Of a stretch of 37,508 nt of DNA, positions 26,862 through 36,227 are shown in pieces. Where the stretch lies: sequence record SRR22947725_5055, one strand, 5' to 3'. The position numbers were made by a program, and so were the translations under genes. The notes below the pieces were generated by a model, which worked only from the letters and a program-made list of their open reading frames with translations, was not told the origin of the DNA and made no database searches. Within the stretch, counting starts at the first letter, position 1. Each line of letters begins with the position of its first letter.

Positions 26862-28133
26862 ATGAGTAAAAAATCACTGATCTCCGGCATTACACTTTTT
26901 AAATTAGTTTTTCTATTTTTATTGGTATGCATCGAATCCTTTGCCAGAGAACCATCTATTCAATTGGGAATTGATTACTTGGAAGAGAGTAAATTTTCCG
27001 TTCTTCAAGGAAAGCGAGTTGGTTTATTAACTCACCCGGCAGGAAAAAATGGGAGGGGCGAAAGTACTGTGGATGTTTTTGTTCGCTCATCTGATGTCAA
27101 CTTAGTCGCTTTATTTGGGCCAGAACATGGTATTTATGGCGACGAAAAAGCGTCTGTTCCAGTAGACGATAAAATAGATCAAAAGACAGGATTGCCTGTT
27201 TTTTCTCTGTATGGAAAATTTCGTAAACCCACGAAAAAAATGCTGAGTGAAATTGATAGCTTAGTCGTTGACCTGCAAGATGTCGGGGTTCGATGCTATA
27301 CCTATATCAGTTGCATGAGATATGTTATGGAAGCCTGCTTTGAGGAAGGAGTCGAGGTAGTGGTCTTAGATAGACCAAACCCACTGGGAGGGAAAAAAGT
27401 TGCCGGTCCTTCTATGGATGAAGTTTGTATGAGTTATGTGGGTGCATTTCAAATCCCCTTTGTACATGGGATGACAATCGGTGAATTGGCTTTGTGGTCC
27501 AAAAAAGTGTCTGGTGTTCTGAAGACCGAGGAGGTGAATCGCAAAAAAGGAAAATTGGTTATCGTGCCAATGATTGGTTGGACTCGACAAATGACCTGGC
27601 CACAAACTGGTCTTTCCTGGCATCCTACTTCACCCAATATCCCAACTTTAGACTCCGTGGCAGGTTACCCTATGACTGGCCTTGGAGCACAAATGGGAAA
27701 ATTTAAACACGGTATTGGTACGGAACATCCTTTTCGTTTTTTGACTTACGAAGGCAAAAAAGCGTCTGTTCTCAAATCGGAATTAGATCGATTTCAAATT
27801 CCTGGACTTTCTTTTCAGGTAAAAACTATAAAAAAAGCAGACGGCGAATCGATTGAAGGAGTTTATATCATAATTAACGATTGGAGCTCCTGGCAACCCA
27901 CTGCACTTCCCTTTTACATGATGCAACTTTCTGCCTTATGGCAGACGCCTAGCCCATTTACTCAAGCGAGCGAGTCAGAAATCGCACTATTTAATAAACA
28001 TGTAGGCTCGCAGACCTGGTGGAATGCCTTGGAAAAAGAAGGGGGGCAAGTGAACACTAAGTTATTCCTCGCCGAGTGGAATGCTTATTCCGCACAATTT
28101 AAGACTACCGTAAAGCCTTATCTGCTCTATTAA
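26862..28133 (+). CDS. DUF1343 / exo-beta-N-acetylmuramidase NamZ family protein
   Basis: LFGPEHG, SLYG, DLQDVGVRCYTY, LDRPNP, HGMTIGEL and PTSPNIP; signal peptide. Confidence 0.9.
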   Translation: MSKKSLISGITLFKLVFLFLLVCIESFAREPSIQLGIDYLEESKFSVLQGKRVGLLTHPAGKNGRGESTVDVFVRSSDVNLVALFGPEHGIYGDEKASVPVDDKIDQKTGLPVFSLYGKFRKPTKKMLSEIDSLVVDLQDVGVRCYTYISCMRYVMEACFEEGVEVVVLDRPNPLGGKKVAGPSMDEVCMSYVGAFQIPFVHGMTIGELALWSKKVSGVLKTEEVNRKKGKLVIVPMIGWTRQMTWPQTGLSWHPTSPNIPTLDSVAGYPMTGLGAQMGKFKHGIGTEHPFRFLTYEGKKASVLKSELDRFQIPGLSFQVKTIKKADGESIEGVYIIINDWSSWQPTALPFYMMQLSALWQTPSPFTQASESEIALFNKHVGSQTWWNALEKEGGQVNTKLFLAEWNAYSAQFKTTVKPYLLY

Positions 28134-28139
28134 GCAACT

Positions 28140-28613
28140 TTAACGAGTAAAATCATCAAGCGAGAGCACCCGCATTCCGTGCTTTTGCAATGCTTCTTCT
28201 CCTATATCTTCGTCTTCCATGGCCAAGGCTAGTACCGGCTTATTATTAGGCTGGTGAAGAAAGGGGTAGACATAATGGATATTAATTTCTGCGTGAAGTA
28301 GCGACTGGGTTATTAAATGAAGGGAGTCTTCATTCTGAATCTCAACCGCTATAATATTCCTTTCGGTAAAACTGATGGAGCGAGATTTTAGAAGTTGTGC
28401 AGTTTCCTTCGGGTAATTCGTTACCAGGCGAATAACGGCTGAATCAGTAGTGTCCAGTACTGAAATCGCCAGGGCATGAATGTCCTGTGATTTTAACATG
28501 CCAAGAAAGTCGTTTAGCCAACCGACTTTATTTTCGGCATAAATAACAAATTGCCTAATAGTTTCTTTTCCTGGGTTACGCAGGGTTGATGGGGAGTGAT
28601 CAGATAAGTCCAT
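28140..28613 (-). CDS. Tandem ACT-domain protein
   Basis: QFVIYAENKVGWL, IHALAISVLDTTDSAVIRL and EINIHYVYPF match the two-ACT small-protein family. Confidence 0.8.
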   Translation of the reverse strand: MDLSDHSPSTLRNPGKETIRQFVIYAENKVGWLNDFLGMLKSQDIHALAISVLDTTDSAVIRLVTNYPKETAQLLKSRSISFTERNIIAVEIQNEDSLHLITQSLLHAEINIHYVYPFLHQPNNKPVLALAMEDEDIGEEALQKHGMRVLSLDDFTR

Positions 28614-28747
28614 AGATAGAGTAAAGTTGAAAGCAGATTCAGAAGGTTAAACAATTTATCTCTTTCCTCGCAAGCAATTTGAAAAGCGTTCAAAATAGTA
28701 AGCTTGCCTACTTACAGGTAAAAAGTAGAAAATGTCGAAAATATCCA

Positions 28748-30208
28748 ATGCACTACATTCCTAAAATTCTTCTTTTAATTCATCTATTGTTTGGACCCAT
28801 TTTACTTTCTGGAAATGAAGGAAGCAAATGGATGGAGTCAGACTTAAAAAACTTAGAGTCGAGTGCTCAAGATGGAGACTCCTATGCCCAGGCATTTTTG
28901 GCTCTTTGTTATATTCACGGGGATAAAGGCTTAGAAATTTCTTTTGATAAAGCGAGCTATTGGGCAAATTTATCCACAGAAACTAATCATTGGCTCGGTC
29001 TTTTCACGATCGGTTATCTACATCGGTTTCCACCTCTCGGACCCAATGCAGAAAAAGTGAATAGCTACTATAATAATGTCTTTAAAGACCCGGATGGTAT
29101 GGTGGTAAAAAATGCAAATGCTGGTGACCCAATCGCATCTTATGTACTTGCGGAGATATTTACAGCGGAAGAGGTGGAACCCAATCTAAGTGCAGACCTA
29201 CAATTTGCAGCGAAACACTATGCAAGTGCATCAATAGTTGGCTATGGTCCCGCTTCGGTGCAACATGCTTTACTTAAACTTCATGCCAATGCAATTGGAG
29301 GTCAAAATATTAATATTGGAAAAGACTTACCTGGAGGTGTTTCGATTCTTGAAGAAGTTGCCAAAAAGCAACTTCCTGCAGCCCATCACTTTTTAGGGAG
29401 GTGCTATTTTAAAGGAATTGGGGTTGAGGAGGACTACAAAATGGCCTTAGTTCACTTTCAAGCTGCCGCCGACCGTGGGTATACCACTTCTCAATTAATT
29501 GTGGCCCATTTTTATGCCTACGGTCTGACTGGACCTGCAAAGATTGATCTCGCACTTCGCTATGCGAATTTGGCTCTTCTGCAAGATCGAGAAAATGCCT
29601 CGGAAAAAATTTATGAATACGAACAACTTTTGGCGAACCAAACGACTGGAAATACTCAACCTTTAATGCAGCAGTCTGATAATTCGGTTCCTTCACCTAC
29701 TAATCCCTCCTATAATGAACCGCCTCCTTTACCTCCGGATCCTTCGATAATTAGCACAGCTGAAACTGCAACTACTGAATTTAAACCGACTCTTAACCGA
29801 TTGCCCTCGATTTATGATAATGTGAAATCTGATAATCAACCTTCTGTTTTGCCTAAGCCGCCAGAATTACCAGATTCCTCTTTTTCACCTTCTCCAACTC
29901 AACTGAAACCTACATCAAGATTACGATCGTCCAATATTCCTAACGATGATTTGGAAATGGCGAAGAAGTATTATTTTGGGCGCGGTGTAAGTGTTGATCC
30001 GAGTCGTGCCTATCCATTATTTCTTCAGTCTGCTAATCGTGGAAATCCAGAATCTGCTCGCTACCTAGGCATTATGTATTTACGGGGCAAAGGAGTTCAA
30101 AAAGATACCCAAAAATCACTTGAATGGTTTTCCCGAGCTGCTCAAGGTGGAGACGAAATTGCGAAAAAGAACTTGAAAACTTTACAGCTTATGAATGCAC
30201 ATAAGTAA
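28748..30208 (+). CDS. Secreted Sel1-repeat protein with a Pro-rich linker
   Basis: Repeats such as AHHFLGRCYFKGIGVEEDYKMALVHFQAAADRG and SARYLGIMYLRGKGVQKDTQKSLEWFSRAAQGG. ATG at 28748 gives a signal peptide. Confidence 0.88.
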   Translation: MHYIPKILLLIHLLFGPILLSGNEGSKWMESDLKNLESSAQDGDSYAQAFLALCYIHGDKGLEISFDKASYWANLSTETNHWLGLFTIGYLHRFPPLGPNAEKVNSYYNNVFKDPDGMVVKNANAGDPIASYVLAEIFTAEEVEPNLSADLQFAAKHYASASIVGYGPASVQHALLKLHANAIGGQNINIGKDLPGGVSILEEVAKKQLPAAHHFLGRCYFKGIGVEEDYKMALVHFQAAADRGYTTSQLIVAHFYAYGLTGPAKIDLALRYANLALLQDRENASEKIYEYEQLLANQTTGNTQPLMQQSDNSVPSPTNPSYNEPPPLPPDPSIISTAETATTEFKPTLNRLPSIYDNVKSDNQPSVLPKPPELPDSSFSPSPTQLKPTSRLRSSNIPNDDLEMAKKYYFGRGVSVDPSRAYPLFLQSANRGNPESARYLGIMYLRGKGVQKDTQKSLEWFSRAAQGGDEIAKKNLKTLQLMNAHK

Positions 30209-30275
30209 ACCTCTTATACTACAAAATTTATTCTCATTGCATTGCAACTGATAAAAGTTTATCAAAATATTATTA

Positions 30276-30368
30276 GGAGAGATGGCAGAGTGGTCGAATG
30301 CGCTGGTTTGCTAAACCGGTGAGGGGCTAATAGTCCCTCCACGGGTTCGAATCCCGTTCTCTCCGCCA
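30276..30368 (+). tRNA. tRNA-Ser (anticodon GCT)
   Basis: Acceptor stem GGAGAGA/TCTCTCC, D arm with TGG, anticodon stem CTGGT/ACCGG with loop TTGCTAA, long variable arm, GTTCGAATC T loop, discriminator G and encoded CCA. Confidence 0.97.
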
Positions 30369-30468
30369 ATTTAATTTAGGTTTTAATCACTATAAAGCCT
30401 CCTAAATCTTAATTCTTTGGCAATTTTCCAATGTTGCCCTTAATCATATTGTTTATTTACAGTAGATA

Positions 30469-30909
30469 ATGAAATTTTTGATTTATCCTTTTTTTGTTTT
30501 CACTTGTCTACTTGTCGTTGGATCTTGTACGCAGGTTGAATACAACCGTTCGGTGGGTAATCAATCTAGAGAAAACATTGCGGAACCCCAAGCAGTCCAA
30601 TTGGAAAAGCCAGAGTATAAGGTTGTCTATCGAAAAAGTAATTTGGAGGCTTTATCCTTAGGGAGAAATAGAATTGAAATTCAGGAACTAATGGGAGAAC
30701 CGGACGGTAAAAGCTTAGATGGAGGAAATGGTTATCTTTGGGATTATCGAAGACCAGTATTTGATGAAACAACCGATGAAGTGTATGGGTGGAGTTTAAT
30801 TTCCTTTAAGTTTCTCAAAGGACTTTGTGCTTATGTAAATATTAGACTAGAGCAATTGCCTCCTGAGCTTTTACAGGAACAAAACACCAAGAAAATATTT
30901 AAATTTTGA
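30469..30909 (+). CDS. Lipoprotein with a SmpA/BamE-like motif
   Basis: Lipobox-like VGSC; LGRNRIEIQELMGEPD...WDY resembles the SmpA/OmlA G..v..LLGxP...WxY pattern. Confidence 0.6.
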   Translation: MKFLIYPFFVFTCLLVVGSCTQVEYNRSVGNQSRENIAEPQAVQLEKPEYKVVYRKSNLEALSLGRNRIEIQELMGEPDGKSLDGGNGYLWDYRRPVFDETTDEVYGWSLISFKFLKGLCAYVNIRLEQLPPELLQEQNTKKIFKF

Positions 30910-30959
30910 TTTCCGAAAAATTAATCAATCAAGTTGAATTCTTGTTCGAGCAATTTTAA

Positions 30960-31469
30960 TTAAGGCAGGCGAACTATTGTAATCCCTTTTTTTAAACCTG
31001 CTGGTTTAAAGAGTTTGCCCTTAGGGTCGGTAATCTTAAGCGACTCCCCTGATGAACATGTGATAGTGAGTGGACCATTATGATTTATGGGGATTTTGTC
31101 TCCTGCCATTAAGCTTACCCATTGTAACTCATTACCGAATTTATCTTGTATTAAAACCCAAATAGTACCAATCGCTTCAATGCTGTAAAGATTGTCATAG
31201 GGGCGAGACTGCCTTGAGGCTGAATTCTTTTTTGAGTAGTCCCGAGCTCTTGTTTTTTCTCTATTTTCGTAGTTTCTACCGTACGGGTCTGGCGAAGGTG
31301 GTGGGGAATAAGTACCAGTTTGACTTCCTTGTGGAAACGGTGAGTCCGGATAGGGTGGGGGAGCATCAGGCAATGCAGTGGGGGAACTTCCCCAGCAACC
31401 TAGTAACAAGAAAAAAATAAAAGGAAGTCCAAAAACAGATACGAATTGTAAGGAAACTTTTGTTTTCAC
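30960..31469 (-). CDS. Lipoprotein with a Pro-rich linker and a RodZ C-terminal (DUF4115)-like domain
   Basis: Probable GTG start at 31469 (ORF track starts at 31502); lipobox LLGC; C-terminus IEAIGTIWVLIQDKFGN...LMAGDKIPI...PLTITCSS. Confidence 0.55.
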   Translation of the reverse strand: MKTKVSLQFVSVFGLPFIFFLLLGCWGSSPTALPDAPPPYPDSPFPQGSQTGTYSPPPSPDPYGRNYENREKTRARDYSKKNSASRQSRPYDNLYSIEAIGTIWVLIQDKFGNELQWVSLMAGDKIPINHNGPLTITCSSGESLKITDPKGKLFKPAGLKKGITIVRLP

Positions 31470-31566
31470 TGTAGTAAAATTATTTGAGCAAAGATTGGGC
31501 AATGATTAATAGGTATCACTTGCAAATCTCGATACAACCTTAAAATAAATTTTCGATTTTATGAAG

Positions 31567-34500
31567 TTAATCAAACCAAGATTCGACTTGGTTGAATACT
31601 TTATATTCAGGACTACTCAAAGCAGGAGGAATAGTGGTAGGATAAATGAGCAATTCATTCGTTTTAAGCTTTGCTACAATAAGGCTTCCGTCGGGTGAAA
31701 ATGCGCAATCAACAAACGGAGAAATAAGTTGATCTCCAAGAGTAGAGATCCACTGACCCGTTTCAAAACACCACAATCGCAGGGCTCCATCAAGTGTGGT
31801 CAGTACGAGCTTTTTATCGGGGGAAAGTCGATATCCTTTTTTTGAAAAGTTAGGTTCAACAGGAGCGTCAAAATCTGTGAGGAAGTCTGGCAGTTGTTTT
31901 GAATAGGGCTCCGTTTTATCGGCTAAAGCAAAGAAGAAATCGGGAGATTGTTTGAATCCTTTCGTTTCGTCCTGAATACAAATATTATTAATGATGGGAG
32001 TCTTTCTAACTGAACAAATTCCTTCACTTGTCGAGAAAATGATTCTTTTTCCATAGGGGGAGAATGAAAAATCAATAATGTTTTTCAGGTTTAATTTTAC
32101 AATCTGATAAACCAGTCCGCGGCTAGTTTCGGTAAACAGCAACATTCCCGATTGCGTGACAGAGACAAAAGATTCCTCATTCGGAAAAAATCGGCTTTTC
32201 ACGCATCCAATATACGGAAATGGGTTTAACTTAATTTCCTTTCCGTTATGAGCATTAAATAATTTGGGAAGCACGCCCAACCCGGATGTCAGAATTCTCG
32301 ACCCATCAGAATTGTATTCGAGGAAATCGAAACTGGTATTGTGATCGGTTCCGTAGACCGACCATTTTTTATCTGCTTTGGGCAGGCGGTAAGTATGCAA
32401 TTTACCATCCAACCCAGAAGTCGAAAAACTCCGACCGTTCGGAGCAAATACCGAACTGGTTACCGCGAAGGTATGCTGCGTGAGCTTATGTTTTAATTTC
32501 AGTGATTTTCCATCAAACAAGTACACTTCTCCATTTGCACACCCTGCAAGGATCCACTGCTTATCTGAGGTTGCATCAATACTGGTAATCGATGAATTGA
32601 GGTCGGCAATTTGCTCCAACGGTCGACCTGAAAAATCGGTAATTCCTACTACTCCATCACTCGAACCGGTAATGAATTCATTTCCAAATGCCCGGGTGAT
32701 TGCCTTGGGTGAGGATAGCATACCCGGACTTCCCATCAAAAAAGTTTTTGGTAAAATAGGGAGAAGAGTAAGTTTGAATTGATCGAAGCCTATAGTCTTA
32801 TTGGAAAATTCATTTCTGGTTGAATTTCCTTCGTAATTAAGAATCGGACCTAGAACGATACGGAATCCACGGTCACCCTGTACAATTGAAGGTGCATTCG
32901 CTCCCCGATAAGCTGAACGACAACGGTCAGCCTTTACATCGTAACAACCGCCGCGTAAGGTTTTCCAATTTCCGGTGATAGAGAAAGGATTAATTTCCCC
33001 CGAAACTCGTTGTTCAAGCATATTTACCTTTTCACTCTGTGTTGAGTCGAGACACCATTCCCAAACATTTCCATGCATGTCATAAAGTCCAAGTGAATTT
33101 GGAAGCTTTTGTTTAACTGGATGAATCTTATTTCCGGAATTACCGGCAAACCAGCCGTATTGATCAAGGTGTTTTTCACTGAGTTCCACATCGTGGTTCA
33201 TTGGTCCTACTATACTTTCACAGTAGGGGCCATCGCTGCCGGCACGGCAGGCAAGTTCCCACTCCGTCTCTGTGGGCAATCTCCAAATATACCCCGTGGG
33301 CGGTTTTTGTTGTTTATTTAATTCTTTGCAAAATTTTTGTGCGTCGAACCATGAACATACCACGGGGAATGAACTATTTTTGTCGAGACTTGGATTTTTA
33401 GATGTGACAATTTCGTATTGTTCCTGAGTGATTTCTGTTTGCCCGATCCAGTAGGGATTCGAGAGAGTAACGGCGCGTTGTGCCTCATTGGAAAAACGAC
33501 CCACTTCATTGGGGAACTTCGCGGGATCGGAGAAAGAACCTGAAGCCAACTTTGCATGCCCGCTCCACAAGGCATATTCTCCTTCTTTACACAAAGTAAG
33601 AACCGTATCTTCATTACCTGCGAAGGATGCGGAAAAAAGCCCTTTCTCTGGATGTGGGGAAAAACTTAGGATTTCTTTGGACTGCATGCATTTGGCGAGA
33701 AACGAAAGTCTTGACCAATACCAGGATCGTAAGTCTTTGGGTTGGGAATCAAGAATGGAAAGGGCCAGTTCCGGGTTTTGTTTATTGAGGGCTTTTTGGG
33801 CTTCATCAATTTTACCTAAGTAGTTACGCAGTCTAAGTAAATGTTGATTACATTTCATTTGTTGAACAGTATCCAAAGAAATCTTGAATTTTCCAAAATC
33901 TGGATGAACAGCATGCAAAGTCTCCTTTGAAATGGATAAAATATTACAACTTATCTGACCGAGAGATTGAGTAAGCAAAATTTGCTCTTTCGATTTTTCG
34001 GCTTGGGGTAGGAGAGATTCCTTATTGAAATGAACACTTTGAACACGGCTCAAGGGAAGACTGAATATCCCTCTTTTTGTACCGAGAGAAAAGGCATTTT
34101 CTTCTCCTGAAATTGAATTCAAAATCGTGGAGTCACCGTTCGTGAAGACAATATAATTAGAATTTTTGGGAGCAGGCATCTCCTTTTCCTTTGAAGGGAA
34201 AAAGGAACCATTCCAACCGGCAATATTTACTTCCTTTAGCCGGATATATGAATTTCCACCCTGATTGATAAAAAGAATCCCATCTCCATCGGGTTGGAAA
34301 TCTTCAGTTGAATCCTTCCAATGGGCCACCTGTTTCCCATTGATGAAAATGATAAATTCTTTTTTTCCACGGTGTGCCAGTAATGAAATGTGTACTTTTT
34401 TTTGATTAATCATTTCCTGGACTATTAATGAGCCTAACGTTTCTCTGATTATTCGGCCTTTTATCCTCTTGTTTGCCTGTAGATTAATCCTGTTATTTGA

Positions 34501-35235
34501 AAAAGAGAGATGGTAGCCAACATTTCCATAACTTGACCCATCGGAATCGGAAAAAATTCTCAATGCTAGATAAAAAGACCGTTCCCATTCCGCATCAAAT
34601 TCGATTTCGATGACATCTTTTCTGGGTAGTGACTTGCCGGTACTACCTGAAAATATGGATACAAAATCCCCATCTTCATAGGACCATGATTTACTATTAC
34701 TTTTCTTCCATTTTTCCATTCCCATTGAAGGATCGAAAAGAGATTCATGGGTAGTGGGAAGAAATTCCAATTTTTGAATAGCATCAATTGGGGCCTTGAT
34801 CGGATCGGAGAACCCCGTCTCTACTAGCAGGTGATTTTTGGTTAATTCAATAAAATTACATTTCAACTTATCTCCGTTTTTGAAGTATAACCGTAGTGCC
34901 TTTTCTTTTTTTGATATTACTTTTTTAGGAGGACCAGACCGATTAAAAAAAATGTTTGAAACTGATTTATAATCAAAATTAATTTCTCCCGAAATCGATT
35001 TATTTTGCCAAAATAAATTTTGCTCGGTATCGAGTCTAATTAAATATCCAGTGAGCTCGGAATCATCAGAGAGGCGAATTTTTTCTTCTCCAATTCGATT
35101 GATCTTTATTTGTTCTGTTTGATTGGAGTCGGTAGGTAAAAGGAAGTGGTCCGAGGTAACTGGGTCGAGTGCAAATAATTGAACGATTCCAATCCAAAAA
35201 CAAAAAATTAAAAAAGGAGTGATCTGCGGGTTCAT
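31567..35235 (-). CDS. Large secreted multidomain protein with an FGE-sulfatase (SUMF1-like) domain and WD40 repeats
   Basis: ATG at 35235 overlaps the upstream stop (ATGA) and gives a signal peptide. FGE motifs: TEITQEQY, RLPTETEWELACRAG, PNSLGLYDMHGNVWEWC, RGG, GFRIV. WD40-like blades include SSVFAPNGRSFSTSGLDG and CAFSPDGS. Confidence 0.85.
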   Translation of the reverse strand: MNPQITPFLIFCFWIGIVQLFALDPVTSDHFLLPTDSNQTEQIKINRIGEEKIRLSDDSELTGYLIRLDTEQNLFWQNKSISGEINFDYKSVSNIFFNRSGPPKKVISKKEKALRLYFKNGDKLKCNFIELTKNHLLVETGFSDPIKAPIDAIQKLEFLPTTHESLFDPSMGMEKWKKSNSKSWSYEDGDFVSIFSGSTGKSLPRKDVIEIEFDAEWERSFYLALRIFSDSDGSSYGNVGYHLSFSNNRINLQANKRIKGRIIRETLGSLIVQEMINQKKVHISLLAHRGKKEFIIFINGKQVAHWKDSTEDFQPDGDGILFINQGGNSYIRLKEVNIAGWNGSFFPSKEKEMPAPKNSNYIVFTNGDSTILNSISGEENAFSLGTKRGIFSLPLSRVQSVHFNKESLLPQAEKSKEQILLTQSLGQISCNILSISKETLHAVHPDFGKFKISLDTVQQMKCNQHLLRLRNYLGKIDEAQKALNKQNPELALSILDSQPKDLRSWYWSRLSFLAKCMQSKEILSFSPHPEKGLFSASFAGNEDTVLTLCKEGEYALWSGHAKLASGSFSDPAKFPNEVGRFSNEAQRAVTLSNPYWIGQTEITQEQYEIVTSKNPSLDKNSSFPVVCSWFDAQKFCKELNKQQKPPTGYIWRLPTETEWELACRAGSDGPYCESIVGPMNHDVELSEKHLDQYGWFAGNSGNKIHPVKQKLPNSLGLYDMHGNVWEWCLDSTQSEKVNMLEQRVSGEINPFSITGNWKTLRGGCYDVKADRCRSAYRGANAPSIVQGDRGFRIVLGPILNYEGNSTRNEFSNKTIGFDQFKLTLLPILPKTFLMGSPGMLSSPKAITRAFGNEFITGSSDGVVGITDFSGRPLEQIADLNSSITSIDATSDKQWILAGCANGEVYLFDGKSLKLKHKLTQHTFAVTSSVFAPNGRSFSTSGLDGKLHTYRLPKADKKWSVYGTDHNTSFDFLEYNSDGSRILTSGLGVLPKLFNAHNGKEIKLNPFPYIGCVKSRFFPNEESFVSVTQSGMLLFTETSRGLVYQIVKLNLKNIIDFSFSPYGKRIIFSTSEGICSVRKTPIINNICIQDETKGFKQSPDFFFALADKTEPYSKQLPDFLTDFDAPVEPNFSKKGYRLSPDKKLVLTTLDGALRLWCFETGQWISTLGDQLISPFVDCAFSPDGSLIVAKLKTNELLIYPTTIPPALSSPEYKVFNQVESWFD

Positions 35236-36227
35236 CTTTCGTAAATGGGAAGATAGCGATAATTCAAGGCGAGGGAAAGAAGTGCTGCGGTAGTGGCGAA
35301 TGTCTTTCCGTAATTCCCATTCCATGAACCGTTCTCTGTTTGAGTGGACTGAAGCAGTTTGAAGTTTTGAGAATTCCATGAGTTCCACATGGATGGGCTC
35401 GCCCTGAACATTGCTTGTGAGGTGTAATAAAGGCTGTAGTATTTGTGACCCTGGTCCCCGAACGGTGAATTTTTCTTGAGGTAATCGACCGAATTGCGGT
35501 ATGCATCCGTATTGGTGTCCTTGGCCAAGGATAAAATGAGTGAGCCAATGGCTGATCGGGGCAGATTGGCCCCACTTGCAGTCGTGTATCCAAAGCCACC
35601 GTTTGAATCCTGACAGGAGAGCAGGAAGGCCTTCCCCTTATCAATGGACTCTTCGGGTACTTTTATTCCTGCATTTCGGGCCGCAAATAAAGCTACCAAC
35701 TGAGCACCCGAAACGGTAGTGTCTGCATCCTGGCTTTCAGGACTGTATCTCCAGCCTCCTTTTGAGTTAGATTTTTGAGAGGAAATGATTAACTTGGTCG
35801 CTTTTTCGAGAGCAGGTCCAAGCCTGAGATCATTGGTGAGCCCATAAGCTTCCGCCAATGCAAGAGTGGCAAATCCGTGATTATACATGGAGTTACCTAT
35901 GTAACCAGTTTTCTGATTCTGATCTTTGAGTAGGGCATCCATGGCTCTTTTGACATGAACGCGGTAGGGTCCAAACTCCGGATCATCACCGCGGGCTAGA
36001 AAGGCGAGGATCGCCATTCCTACCACTCCTGGTTGGGAACCATAGGAACTGTCCGTCCAGTAACCTCTCTCTTCTTGGCTTTCGGCTAGAAACTCAAGAC
36101 CTTTTCGGTATGTTTCGTCAATCTCTCGAACGAGTAAATCATTTGATTGTTCGAAAAGGTCCTGTCCGACCAGTGGGCAGAACAGCGAGGAATAAATGAG
36201 TAGTAAAAGCGAAAGTTTTCTCTTCAT
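35232..36227 (-). CDS. Prenyltransferase/squalene-cyclase-repeat (alpha/alpha toroid) secreted protein
   Basis: QW-type repeats (QEERGYW, QDSNGGFGY, QTENGSW); MYNHGFATLALAEAYG, GGWRYSP, DTTVSG and C-terminal YRYLPIYER. Confidence 0.88.
   Translation of the reverse strand: MKRKLSLLLLIYSSLFCPLVGQDLFEQSNDLLVREIDETYRKGLEFLAESQEERGYWTDSSYGSQPGVVGMAILAFLARGDDPEFGPYRVHVKRAMDALLKDQNQKTGYIGNSMYNHGFATLALAEAYGLTNDLRLGPALEKATKLIISSQKSNSKGGWRYSPESQDADTTVSGAQLVALFAARNAGIKVPEESIDKGKAFLLSCQDSNGGFGYTTASGANLPRSAIGSLILSLAKDTNTDAYRNSVDYLKKNSPFGDQGHKYYSLYYTSQAMFRASPSMWNSWNSQNFKLLQSTQTENGSWNGNYGKTFATTAALLSLALNYRYLPIYER

Noticed and set aside
30276-31502. Genomic island or prophage integrated at tRNA-Ser
   Set aside because: No integrase, no duplicated tRNA 3' end and no phage genes were noticed in the window.
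32850-33510. FGE domain as the missing half of a split OvoA, or as the sulfatase-maturing enzyme
   Set aside because: There is no DinB-like HxxxH iron-binding domain and no CxxxxC copper motif; the protein is secreted, WD40-fused and in a separate operon 10 kb from the methyltransferase.
35236-35388. 51-aa N-terminal extension of the FGE/WD40 ORF given in the track
   Set aside because: It overlaps the prenyltransferase-repeat gene; the ATG at 35235 gives an ATGA overlap and a signal peptide.
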